DNA of 64,000 bases. Origin: Patescibacteria group bacterium. GTDB lineage: Bacteria > Patescibacteriota > Microgenomatia > Daviesbacterales > UBA10151. Position numbers and translations under genes: made by a program. The stretch covers positions 31,725 to 95,724 of the forward strand of contig JBBTSA010000010.1 in NCBI GenBank assembly GCA_038064895.1. The letters are read 5' to 3'. Each line of letters starts with the position of its first letter. Position 1 is the stretch's first letter. Positions 48,273 to 57,804 of the stretch are shown piece after piece. The notes under the pieces are model-generated. The model saw nothing but the letters and a program-made list of their open reading frames with translations, ran no database searches and was not told where the DNA came from.

Positions 48273-49470
48273 TCAGAGCGTCCTTTACAGCTTTTTTATC
48301 TGACCAGGGAATTTCCTTTTTCCCATCCATATTCATGGAAATTTCATGTCCTTTTCCAAAAATTCCCACAATATCCCTTTTTCGAGCAATTTTATTTATG
48401 GCAAAATCTATAGCTTTTTGTCTATCTTCTATAACAAAAAAATTGACATTTATTTTTGCACCAGCCTTTTTTGCGCCCTCTTTTATCTTTTTATTTATGC
48501 TATCCATTTGACCGCGCGGATCAACAGCTGTGACAATAACCACGTCAGACAACCTCTGGGCAATCTCCCCCATCATTGCTCTTTTTCCCACATCCCTATC
48601 TCCTTCACAGCCAATCAGAGAAATTATCCTCCCTCCTCCAGCAGGGGAGTGTAAAAACCTAAGTGCACTTTCAAGTCCATTTGGAGTATGAGCAAAATCA
48701 ATAAAAATTTTAATTCCTCTATCATTTTCCATTTCTTCCATCCTTCCTGGTAAGTTGTTAAAGTTTTCCAAAACACTGCGCGCTACCTCTTTTGGAATAT
48801 CTAAAATAAATGCCACGGCAAATGATGCAAGTGCATTCTCAATATTATACTGACCAAAAATTTTAAGTTTCAATTTAATTTCTTTTTGATTAAAATCCCC
48901 TTTATCTAAACCAAACGTAATCAATTTGTTGAACGATCGTCCAATCAATTGTGGTTTTAAGTTTTCATTGATTATGGAGAATTTAGTATTCTTTATAAGT
49001 TTTAATTTTGTATTTAAATAGTTTTCGAAGGTTTTATGATAATCTAGATGTTCATGGGTAACATTAGTTATCACACCTACTTCGCATTTAATACCAAAGA
49101 ATCTAAACTGATCTAAAGCATGAGAGGTTACTTCTAAAACCATGTACTCATCCCCCTTATCTAGCGCTTCTTTGGCAAATCTTTGTACCATAAAAGGATC
49201 CGGAGAAGTTACATGGAATCCGGTATCATAAGATTTTCCACCAACAAAGGCATTTATAGTTGAAACCATAGATACTTTCTTGCCGGCAGACTTTAAAATC
49301 TGGTAAATCATATTAACAGTTGTTGTTTTCCCATCAGTTCCTGTTACTCCAATAACTTTTAATCCCCTGGCAGGAAAGCCGTAATATATATTTGCCAAAA
49401 TTCCCTTTGGCAAGTGCCAGAAATTATTAATAAGCCATTGGGGTAAAAAAGAGCGGATTAGGTTTTTCAT
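48262..49470 (-). CDS. murE: MurE-type ligase
   Basis: GVTGTDGKTTT, EVTSH, HEHLDYH, DFAHTP, GKGHE. Confidence 0.9.
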   Translation of the reverse strand: MKNLIRSFLPQWLINNFWHLPKGILANIYYGFPARGLKVIGVTGTDGKTTTVNMIYQILKSAGKKVSMVSTINAFVGGKSYDTGFHVTSPDPFMVQRFAKEALDKGDEYMVLEVTSHALDQFRFFGIKCEVGVITNVTHEHLDYHKTFENYLNTKLKLIKNTKFSIINENLKPQLIGRSFNKLITFGLDKGDFNQKEIKLKLKIFGQYNIENALASFAVAFILDIPKEVARSVLENFNNLPGRMEEMENDRGIKIFIDFAHTPNGLESALRFLHSPAGGGRIISLIGCEGDRDVGKRAMMGEIAQRLSDVVIVTAVDPRGQMDSINKKIKEGAKKAGAKINVNFFVIEDRQKAIDFAINKIARKRDIVGIFGKGHEISMNMDGKKEIPWSDKKAVKDALNGF

Positions 49471-49492
49471 TGAAGCTAATTATATATCAAAT

Positions 49493-51193
49493 CTACATCG
49501 GAGCAATTTTGTAGTAGTTAAAAAGTTGCTTTGCTATTTCAAAAAATGTTGGAGCTGCAGTCTCCGAACCATAGATCGAGCTTGACGGTTGATCATATCG
49601 CACTAAAATTACAAACTTAGGATCATCTGCCGGTGCAAATCCTACAAATGAAGCGATGGTTTTATTCGGATCGTAATGACCGGCCACAGGAATTTGGGCA
49701 GTGCCGGTTTTTCCCGCAATCTTAAATCCTTTTGGTTTTGCCCATTTGGCCTCACCCTCACTCACTGCTGTCACCATCATTTCTGTAATAATCTTGGAGG
49801 TGGACTCCTTTATAACCTGTCTTACAACTTTTGGTTTTATCTCAAAAGTTCCCTTATCATCTTTGATCAATCTAACAACATGCGGTTCTAAAAGATACCC
49901 TCCATTGGCAATTGCGGAAACTGCCACAACCATCTGAATTGGAGTCATAGCAATCCCTTGCCCAAAAGATGAAGTAGCAAGATCTATTTCACTCCAATTA
50001 TCCCTCGGACGAAGAGAGGGTGCTGATTCATCCTGCAAATCAATATTCGCAGTCTCACCTAAACCAAAGTTTCGGAGATATTCATAAAACTTATCCGGCC
50101 CTAGTTTAAGACCTGTAAATACCATTCCGGTATTATCAGAATGAATGATTATATCTTTTATAGTAGTGTCCGGATAATATTTATTATTCCAGGTTCTTAT
50201 TGAAAAACCTCCAAGCTGCAGTGGTCCTCCGCAGATATCACATCTTGTGTCTGGTTTCACAACATCCTCATTTATAGCAGCAGACATAACAAGGACTTTA
50301 AATGTTGATCCGGGCTCATATTGATCAGCTACAATCGGGTTTTTGTAATATTCCTTAGGGAAATTAGAATACTTTAAGGGATCATAGTTTGGGAAGGCTG
50401 CCAACGCCAAAATTCCTCCAGTCTTTGGATCCATTACAATGCTGGATGCGGCCTTTGCCCCATATTTTTCAATCCCCCGCCTTAAAGCTTGCTCTACAAT
50501 AAATTGTACACTGCGATCCAAATTTAGAGTCAAATCCTTACCGTTTTTGGCCCCTTGAGTTTGGAATCTCCCAATCAAGATAGGAACGCCTATTGCATCC
50601 CTTTCCAGCTTCAACTCCCCTGACACACCTTTAAGCTCGCCCTCATAGAATCCTTCTAAACCGAAATAGCCTACATCTTCCCCTTTTGCATCCGACCCGA
50701 CAAATCCTAAAAGATGAGCACTGGAGGATCCTTCCGGATAAAATCTTTTACTTGTTTGTTCGAATCCAATACCTGAAAGATTCAGTTTATCAATTTTGCT
50801 CTTAGTCTCCAAACTTACGCTTTTTTCAAGTAAAACCCAGTGCAAAGGCTGCGATAGTTTGGTTAAAATATCCTTGGCTAAACTATCTACCTCACTTTCC
50901 TTCTCCTCCGTCAGTACCTTTGCTATAGTATAAGAAAGGTCAAGCTTTGAACTTAAGGGTATTGCTTTTGGTAATCCATACATTCTAAAGGTTGGATTTG
51001 AAGAAGCTAAAAGATATCCATCAGAATAAAAGATATTACCTCGTAATGCACCTACCTTAGCCTCTAAAAGATATTGCCCTTCGGCTTGAGCCGCAAGATA
51101 CTCACCTCGCAGAATCTGCCAATAAAAAAGACGCGATATGATTGCGAAAAATAATATAAGAAATAAAATTTTTATAAAATATATCCGTGTCAC
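49493..51193 (-). CDS. ftsI: Class B penicillin-binding protein (FtsI)
   Basis: STFK, SDN and KTG motifs. Confidence 0.92.
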   Translation of the reverse strand: MTRIYFIKILFLILFFAIISRLFYWQILRGEYLAAQAEGQYLLEAKVGALRGNIFYSDGYLLASSNPTFRMYGLPKAIPLSSKLDLSYTIAKVLTEEKESEVDSLAKDILTKLSQPLHWVLLEKSVSLETKSKIDKLNLSGIGFEQTSKRFYPEGSSSAHLLGFVGSDAKGEDVGYFGLEGFYEGELKGVSGELKLERDAIGVPILIGRFQTQGAKNGKDLTLNLDRSVQFIVEQALRRGIEKYGAKAASSIVMDPKTGGILALAAFPNYDPLKYSNFPKEYYKNPIVADQYEPGSTFKVLVMSAAINEDVVKPDTRCDICGGPLQLGGFSIRTWNNKYYPDTTIKDIIIHSDNTGMVFTGLKLGPDKFYEYLRNFGLGETANIDLQDESAPSLRPRDNWSEIDLATSSFGQGIAMTPIQMVVAVSAIANGGYLLEPHVVRLIKDDKGTFEIKPKVVRQVIKESTSKIITEMMVTAVSEGEAKWAKPKGFKIAGKTGTAQIPVAGHYDPNKTIASFVGFAPADDPKFVILVRYDQPSSSIYGSETAAPTFFEIAKQLFNYYKIAPM

Positions 51194-51489
51194 CGAATAT
51201 ATTGTATACTTTGAGGAGGGGAAAAACCAAGTTCAGCAGACTTTGAGGAAATACTAAAAAGGGATGAATGTTTAGCAATCTCACTCCTAAGCATCTGATT
51301 CTCCATTTCTAACACTTTCTCCAAAGCTGCCATTTTTTCAAATTTCGAACCATATTCAACAGTAGTATTGCTTAGCCAAATTTCTATCAAAACCAAAATT
51401 AACAAAAATAAACTCACGACCCCTACCAAGAATCTGGGGAATTTTGGCTTTACTCCATTTTTTGTGTCAAATTTCTTAACTATTGTCAT
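51190..51489 (-). CDS. FtsL-like protein
   Basis: TM plus coiled coil, A.ELGF..P; lies between rsmH and ftsI. Confidence 0.65.
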   Translation of the reverse strand: MTIVKKFDTKNGVKPKFPRFLVGVVSLFLLILVLIEIWLSNTTVEYGSKFEKMAALEKVLEMENQMLRSEIAKHSSLFSISSKSAELGFSPPQSIQYIR

Positions 51490-52385
51490 AATATTTCAAA
51501 AACTCTCATCTTGGCTGATCGGGATCTCGGATTATCGCTAACTTCTTCTAAACCGGGCCTGATTGGCTTTTTGGTTAAAACCCTGCCCAATCCTTCAGCC
51601 TCCCATGCCTTAAAAGTATTCTTAACGATCCTATCCTCAAGTGAGTTAAAGCTAATAAGTACAATGTGACCATAATTTTCTATTAGATCGTTTACTTCCT
51701 CCAATCCTGTCTCTAAAGCGTTGAGCTCATCATTGACTGCAATCCTTAAAGCCTGAAACACTTTGGTAGCAGGATGAATCTTCCTTTTCCTGATACCATG
51801 TTTTCTGTACACTTTCTCTACCAGTCCTGCCAAATCTCTGGTGCTCAAACCTACTTTACGGGCGAGCACCAAAGCGTCAGCCACGGCACGAGAATATTTT
51901 TCTTCACCCAAACCATCAAAAAGTTCATCTAACTCCTTTCTTCCGCCGACATTTATAAGATCCAAAGCACAAACTTCTAGCGCAGGATCCATCCTCATAT
52001 CCAAAGGTCCCTCCTTTACAAAAGAAAAACCCCTTTCAGGGCTTTCAAGTTGCAAACTGGAAACCCCAAGATCAAAAATTGCGCCTGCAAAGCCTGATCT
52101 TTGAATGTCCGTCTTCTGCTTAAGTAAATTTTTAATGTCCCTGAAATTACCCTGTACTAAAATAAAATCTTCCTGTTGTCTGTAGCCTGCTGCCTGTAAC
52201 CTCTTCTCAGCTCTTTCCAAAGCCTCTGGATCAACATCTATGCCTACTACCTTTCCACCCAATCTTAATATTTCTAAAGAGTGTCCCCCATCGCCTAGTG
52301 TACAATCCAAATACCACTTTCCACTCCTTATCCCCAAACCATCCATTACCTCCCGCAGAAGAACGGGACTATGATATCCTTCCAT
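51486..52385 (-). CDS. rsmH: 16S rRNA m4C1402 methyltransferase
   Basis: H.PVLL.E, DCTLG.GGHS, DLGVSS, LDMRMD, NPRSRSAK. Confidence 0.96.
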   Translation of the reverse strand: MEGYHSPVLLREVMDGLGIRSGKWYLDCTLGDGGHSLEILRLGGKVVGIDVDPEALERAEKRLQAAGYRQQEDFILVQGNFRDIKNLLKQKTDIQRSGFAGAIFDLGVSSLQLESPERGFSFVKEGPLDMRMDPALEVCALDLINVGGRKELDELFDGLGEEKYSRAVADALVLARKVGLSTRDLAGLVEKVYRKHGIRKRKIHPATKVFQALRIAVNDELNALETGLEEVNDLIENYGHIVLISFNSLEDRIVKNTFKAWEAEGLGRVLTKKPIRPGLEEVSDNPRSRSAKMRVFEIL

Positions 52386-52788
52386 AATCTCTTAAAATCT
52401 CCTTTAAATGCTTTTTCCAAATCCTTTTTGCCCAAATCTCAAAGTGGTCACCCGCACCTATTATTACAACTTCATTTACTAATTTAGCGTACGTCAGTAG
52501 GGCCGACGGAATTACAATCCTACCTTGACTATCAAACTCTACTGGCCCGCTTCCAGAAAACATGTATCTCCTTAAGATTCTAGCCCGTTCTTCTGTTGCC
52601 GAAATTTCAAGCTGCTTTTCCGCTTCCTTTTTCCAATCTCTTATATCAAATCCAAAAATACATCCTTCGAATCCACGGCTTAATATTATTTGAATACCTT
52701 TAATCTCTTGCCTAATCTTCCGGGGTAGAATTACTCTACCTTTGCCTGAAAACCTTGTTGTATATTCCCCCAAAAACATAGAGGACAT
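52369..52788 (-). CDS. mraZ: Transcriptional regulator MraZ
   Basis: MFLGEY, KGRV.LP, D.QGRI.IP, G.GDHFEIW. Confidence 0.95.
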   Translation of the reverse strand: MSSMFLGEYTTRFSGKGRVILPRKIRQEIKGIQIILSRGFEGCIFGFDIRDWKKEAEKQLEISATEERARILRRYMFSGSGPVEFDSQGRIVIPSALLTYAKLVNEVVIIGAGDHFEIWAKRIWKKHLKEILRDYGRIS

Positions 52789-52830
52789 CCTCTCTCTCTG
52801 GGCAGAATATTCATCCCGATTTAATCGGGA

Positions 52831-52885
52831 TCACCTTAATTCACCATCTATAACCATTTTCCACCATCTTCATCTACATTGTCAA
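52831..52885 (-). promoter_or_regulatory. MraZ-box array and dcw promoter
   Basis: Four GGTG/GGTT pentamers at exact 10-bp spacing (52831, 52841, 52851, 52861) downstream of TTGACA (52880-52885). Confidence 0.75.
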
Positions 52886-53078
52886 GGGGTATTTTAAATA
52901 GGAGCGAAGCCACAAGTAAACAAAAAAAGTTGAGGATTTTGTGCAGATATATCTAAATGTCTGTGAAGTTACTAAACCACAAAATTCTCACTAGTGAGCA
53001 AGTCTCTACCGTGCGAACGATTTTTTGTACTGTGGCGAGCGACTAATGTGACCAAGTGGTGCTTTTTGCCATGACGAG

Positions 53079-53960
53079 CTACTTTACCACTAGTACTGCA
53101 AAGATTCCAGCTCCATTTGCTTTTGCTGATAATTTAGATCCATCTACCTTTGTATCCAACTCCTCCCATTTACCTCCACCATACTTAAAAAGATTTGTAC
53201 CCTTCGGAGGATTTTCTGCAAGTTCCAAAGTTACATCCCCGGAAGGTAACTCCTTTGCAACTGGAATATTTAATGAGTAGACTTTCCCTAAAACCTCTCT
53301 TTCGGAAGGTAATTTCGGTACACCTGTCAGATCATTAATAATTGAAAAACCTATATTTGATAAAGCTGCTCTGTCTACACTGAATTTATACATAAGGTGT
53401 CCATCACCTGAAGATAAATTACCCAAAGCCACATCAGGTTTTTGTAAATGCCACTGGGTAATCATTCTATATGCTTTGTTCCCTTTTTTTATATGTAAAG
53501 TCAGCGTCCCATTCTCCACCCCTTTATCATATTTACAGACATTTTTGGAACATGTCCCAAACAAAATTTCCTGTTCATACTCACCCTTTTTATCCTTGGT
53601 ATCTATATTACCTGTAACCCCCCTGTCTATTGTCCCTAATCCCTCTCCCTCATCTTCCTTAATCTTACCTCCTTCTACGGAAACCTCTTCATTTTTAGAA
53701 GTGTAGGCTAATTCATAAGTGATGCTATCATACGAGGCTGTTCTTTTAAGATTTAAAATTAAGGCATTCCCGTCACGCCTTGGGTAAGCTAAAGCATATG
53801 GTCCTTCTGCATCAAATGCTAAATCAATTTCCTCAACTTCAGAAGGTTTAGAAATAAAGTTTTGAATCCCCAACCACCCCAACACCCCTAATAATCCTAA
53901 AATACCTATTAAAATGACAGTCACTCTGTGGACTGCCAAAAATTGTTTCAATCTTTCCAC
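53079..53960 (-). CDS. Membrane-anchored hypothetical protein
   Basis: N-terminal TM, beta-rich body with GTCS...C.YD; no recognised family. Confidence 0.6.
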   Translation of the reverse strand: MERLKQFLAVHRVTVILIGILGLLGVLGWLGIQNFISKPSEVEEIDLAFDAEGPYALAYPRRDGNALILNLKRTASYDSITYELAYTSKNEEVSVEGGKIKEDEGEGLGTIDRGVTGNIDTKDKKGEYEQEILFGTCSKNVCKYDKGVENGTLTLHIKKGNKAYRMITQWHLQKPDVALGNLSSGDGHLMYKFSVDRAALSNIGFSIINDLTGVPKLPSEREVLGKVYSLNIPVAKELPSGDVTLELAENPPKGTNLFKYGGGKWEELDTKVDGSKLSAKANGAGIFAVLVVK

Positions 53961-53962
53961 TA

Positions 53963-55285
53963 CTATTTAATCTTACCAGATAAATACTTGGCTAAGTCAA
54001 CTATCTTCACTCGAACTTGTTTTGTAGTATCTCTGTCTCTTACAGTCACATCTTTATCCTTAAGAGATTGGAAATCAACTGTTATACAAAAAGGTGTACC
54101 TGCTTCATCCTGGCTTGCATAACGTCCACCGATATTGCCTCGATCATCAAAGATAGCCATAAAATCCTTTTTTAAATCTTCATAAATCTCTTTTGCTTCC
54201 TTAACTAACTTAGGTTTGTTGGCAAGAAGCGGAAAAACAGCTACTTTTACAGGGGTAAGTTTTGGATGAAGTTTGAGTAAAACCCTCCCATTTTCTTCAG
54301 AGTATGCATCAATGAGAAAAAATAAAGCTGCCCTATCTACTCCTCCTGATGTTTCAATGACCCAGGGCAGAAATTCTTCACTCGAGTCTGGATCACGATA
54401 TTTCATGGTCTGACCGGAATACTCCTCATGCCTTGACAGGTCCCAATCACCTCTGTTGTGTATTCCTTCAAATTCAGACCAGCCGAAAGGAGCATGGTAT
54501 TCAATGTCGGTTGCAGCTTTGGCATAATGAGCCCTTTCATCATCCCTGTGATCTCTAAATCTTAGATTCTCTTTCTTTATTCCCAAATTTAAATACCAAT
54601 CCATCCTGACCTTTTTCCAATATTCAAACCATTTCTCCCCCTCCTGTTTTTCGGGTTTTACAAAAAATTGATTTTCCATCTGTTCAAATTCCCTAGACCT
54701 AAAAGTAAAATTCCCGGGAGTTATTTCATTTCTAAAAGCTTTTCCAATTTGTGCTATACCAAAAGGAATTTTAACTCTTGTAGAATCCAAAACATTTTTA
54801 AAATTAACATGAACTCCTTGAGTAATTTCTCCTCTAAGATAAACTTCGGATTGTCTATCTTCTAAAACTCCTAAATAGGCTTTAACTAGTAAATTAAACT
54901 TTCTCTCTTCCGTAAACTCATGTTTAAAAGTACCATCGCTGCATTTCTCTAATCCATCTTTTCCCTCTGGTCCTTCTATTTGATCTGCCCGGAACCTCTT
55001 ATGGCAAATCTTACACTCTACCAAAGGATCAGTGAAAGCCTCAACATGACCTGATGCTTCCCAAACTTTAGGGTTCATCATGATAGCAGCATCTACCCCA
55101 ACCATATCCTCACGCTTTTGTACCATTTCCTTCCACCACTCATTTTTTATATTTCTTTTAAGCTCTGTTCCCAATGGTCCATAATCCCATGTACCACCAA
55201 GCCCACCATAAATCTCAGACCCAGGATATATAAATCCCCTTCTTTTACAAAGAGCCACAATTTTGTCCATCAATTTTTTGTCCAT
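53963..55285 (-). CDS. glyQS: Glycine-tRNA ligase, alpha2 type
   Basis: LCKRRGF, DYGPLG, FRNEITP, REFEQME, GTPFCITVD. Confidence 0.95.
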   Translation of the reverse strand: MDKKLMDKIVALCKRRGFIYPGSEIYGGLGGTWDYGPLGTELKRNIKNEWWKEMVQKREDMVGVDAAIMMNPKVWEASGHVEAFTDPLVECKICHKRFRADQIEGPEGKDGLEKCSDGTFKHEFTEERKFNLLVKAYLGVLEDRQSEVYLRGEITQGVHVNFKNVLDSTRVKIPFGIAQIGKAFRNEITPGNFTFRSREFEQMENQFFVKPEKQEGEKWFEYWKKVRMDWYLNLGIKKENLRFRDHRDDERAHYAKAATDIEYHAPFGWSEFEGIHNRGDWDLSRHEEYSGQTMKYRDPDSSEEFLPWVIETSGGVDRAALFFLIDAYSEENGRVLLKLHPKLTPVKVAVFPLLANKPKLVKEAKEIYEDLKKDFMAIFDDRGNIGGRYASQDEAGTPFCITVDFQSLKDKDVTVRDRDTTKQVRVKIVDLAKYLSGKIK

Positions 55286-55935
55286 TTTAAAAACTTTCTA
55301 CTTTTAAGTGACCCCTCTATCACTCTTTCTACATGATATCGTAATACTTTCTCCAGTTCCAGAGCCTCTTTTTCTTTGATTCCCATCTTCTCAATCTCAT
55401 CCCAGCTCATTTCTTCCAAATATCCCAGTAAACTCCTTAGGTGTGAGCCTATCACACCCCAGGGGTGTGATAGATAGACACCGTAGGGTTTAAAACTTAT
55501 AAAGCCTAAATTAGATAAGATTTTTGCTTCGAATGCCCTGACTAAAACCTGTCTTGGGTTTTTGGATAATCTTTTTAACACCTCTACCAGATGTTCATAT
55601 AAAATTCTGTTGTCCTGATTTTCAGCAGTTAATTTATCAACCAGCTCGATTATATGAAAAGCATAAGTGGATAATGTTAGATCAGATTTTATTTTTTCAA
55701 AATTTTCCAGAGATTCTGCTTCAGTTAAAACAGGCATTCCTTTCCCCTGGTACAAATACATAACCACTCTGTTAAGCAGTTCCACATTGCCAGCCCTCCT
55801 TGAAGTAATTCTTCTTACCCCCTTGGCTAAAACAACAATTTTCCCCCTCTGCAAACTAAATACTGTAAGGATTCTATCTGCCTCCCCAAAATTTCTTCTC
55901 TTTAAAATTATCCCTTCAGTCTTAAACCCTCTCAT
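55270..55935 (-). CDS. recO: DNA repair protein RecO
   Basis: TEGIIL...FGEADRILT....GKI...AKGVR. Confidence 0.9.
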   Translation of the reverse strand: MRGFKTEGIILKRRNFGEADRILTVFSLQRGKIVVLAKGVRRITSRRAGNVELLNRVVMYLYQGKGMPVLTEAESLENFEKIKSDLTLSTYAFHIIELVDKLTAENQDNRILYEHLVEVLKRLSKNPRQVLVRAFEAKILSNLGFISFKPYGVYLSHPWGVIGSHLRSLLGYLEEMSWDEIEKMGIKEKEALELEKVLRYHVERVIEGSLKSRKFLKWTKN

Positions 55936-55953
55936 GAGGAAAGTTTAGCAGAA

Positions 55954-57804
55954 CTAGAGGTCAAACTTAAACTCTTTATCCCGATCCAGCTTAAAATCAC
56001 CCTTTTGGGAGCCGTTTATTTTTATTTTATAGGTAAAATCTTTGGCTCCGGGTTGTTTTTGGATAAGAAGTTTATACTCACCCTTTGGATTATAAGGAGT
56101 TGTAAATTCTATTTCTACCTTTCTACTATTTTGGGGTCTAACAGTTAAGAATGACTCAAACACGGTTTTCCCAAGATCCTCAATTGTGTTAACGCCTTCC
56201 TCAAAACCTTTCGATGATATTAGCTTACTACCAGATGGAGCATAAAACCTCACATAGTCCCTGTTTATCCCGTTTAACCAAACGCCAAAGGGTTGGGAAT
56301 TTTTATATTCTACTGCGATTTTCTTTTTAACCTTATCTCCTTTAACATCTATTTCTTGAGTTACACTCTGTTCAACATAAAGATTGGATTTTCCTCCCGC
56401 AAAATTGGAGTCATTAATATGAAGGTAATCTCCATCATATTCCTTTAACTCACCGGTCCAATTTAATGTTGACAAAGCATCCTGCAAATTTGCATCATGC
56501 ATATAAAACATTATGTGTTTATGGTTAGCAAGCCTTGCCAAAGTCTCTATCAGAAGTGGTATTTTATCCGTGTCAGAACCCAGTGCACGGGCTAAAATCT
56601 GCTGCATTAATACCCCCAGGATCGCTTTCCTATCTTCTTGACCTTTTGCGGCAATCTCTGCATAAGATTCAAGTTCGTATATAACATTTGGACAATTGCA
56701 TCTTTTATCTATTGCGGCTGAATATGTAGTACCCAAAACATCGATCGGTCCTGTCACCTCAATTAATTCCTCCACTACTTGTGAATCAATATAAATAATG
56801 CCATCAAAAGGCAAACCCTGACCTAAAAGTTGAAACATTCTTTCAAATTCTTTTGCGGCTGTTGGCAAATCAGGAGAAATATTTGAATCTCTCATACTCC
56901 AGGCAGAACGGGTTTTACCGGTAACTTCGGGCAAATATTTAACAATCGGTTCAGGAGGTGTCAGAGGGCAAATCTTTGACTGACATGTTGCAAGAAGTCT
57001 TTCGTCTAATCTATATATATCGTCCGATACGGTTGTGCTTATCTTACCTTTTTCAATATTAAGATGCGCAAATGCTGTTATAAAACCACCTGTGGGACGG
57101 ATTTCCTTATCATTTTGAAAAAGCAAAAGGTATGTTTTAACCGTAGGTTGTCCTAAAGCAGAAGGTGCTTTCTGAAGAGCCGGATAACCCTCATTTGCCG
57201 CAACATCAATCCCAAGTAATATATTTTTGGCTAACTCTGCCGATCTTCTTAACTCAATACCGCCCAAAACTTTAGGATATTTATCCGTTTCAATACTTTG
57301 AACCGATGATGCGGCCTTTCTAAAATGACCTTTCACCTCGTCAAGATGCGACAAAGATTTCTCCAAAATCTTTATTGCCTGGGATACTCTTTCCGGTCCT
57401 GCCAAAGGGGTACCCGAAAAACCCAACTGCTCCTCATATTCTTTAAGGCGGGCAAGTAACTTTTCAGCGGCTGTCAGATCCTCAACAGATGCGGAGACTA
57501 GCCCCTTAACATCTCCGTAATATCCTCCAATAATCGGTACAAACCTTAACCACAACAGGGGAGTTAAGGAAATATTTGTTTTAACAAAAGCATTCTTAAT
57601 ATTAGTAGTTTCTTTTTGTATTTGTCCAAAATTTTGGTTCTGGTATGCGGAAGCCAAAGCCTTGGAAGATTTTTGAAGATCTTTTGCACCAAGATAAGCA
57701 AAAAAAAGCGGAAAAAATATAGCGGAAACTAAAATTACCAGCGCAAAAAATAATTTTTTAGAAGATCTGCGGGATTTTTTTCTACCGTAATAGATTCTAT
57801 TCAT
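55954..57804 (-). CDS. DUF4012 domain membrane protein
   Basis: YLLLFQN..EIRPTGGFI, RDSN.SPD.P, QKQPG; TAATG coupling to the upstream gene. Confidence 0.8.
   Translation of the reverse strand: MNRIYYGRKKSRRSSKKLFFALVILVSAIFFPLFFAYLGAKDLQKSSKALASAYQNQNFGQIQKETTNIKNAFVKTNISLTPLLWLRFVPIIGGYYGDVKGLVSASVEDLTAAEKLLARLKEYEEQLGFSGTPLAGPERVSQAIKILEKSLSHLDEVKGHFRKAASSVQSIETDKYPKVLGGIELRRSAELAKNILLGIDVAANEGYPALQKAPSALGQPTVKTYLLLFQNDKEIRPTGGFITAFAHLNIEKGKISTTVSDDIYRLDERLLATCQSKICPLTPPEPIVKYLPEVTGKTRSAWSMRDSNISPDLPTAAKEFERMFQLLGQGLPFDGIIYIDSQVVEELIEVTGPIDVLGTTYSAAIDKRCNCPNVIYELESYAEIAAKGQEDRKAILGVLMQQILARALGSDTDKIPLLIETLARLANHKHIMFYMHDANLQDALSTLNWTGELKEYDGDYLHINDSNFAGGKSNLYVEQSVTQEIDVKGDKVKKKIAVEYKNSQPFGVWLNGINRDYVRFYAPSGSKLISSKGFEEGVNTIEDLGKTVFESFLTVRPQNSRKVEIEFTTPYNPKGEYKLLIQKQPGAKDFTYKIKINGSQKGDFKLDRDKEFKFDL

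Noticed and set aside
52900-53078. Structured ncRNA upstream of mraZ
   Set aside because: Only short palindromes (e.g. CTCACTAGTGAG) and repeat-like remnants are visible; no recognisable RNA family can be supported without a covariance search.
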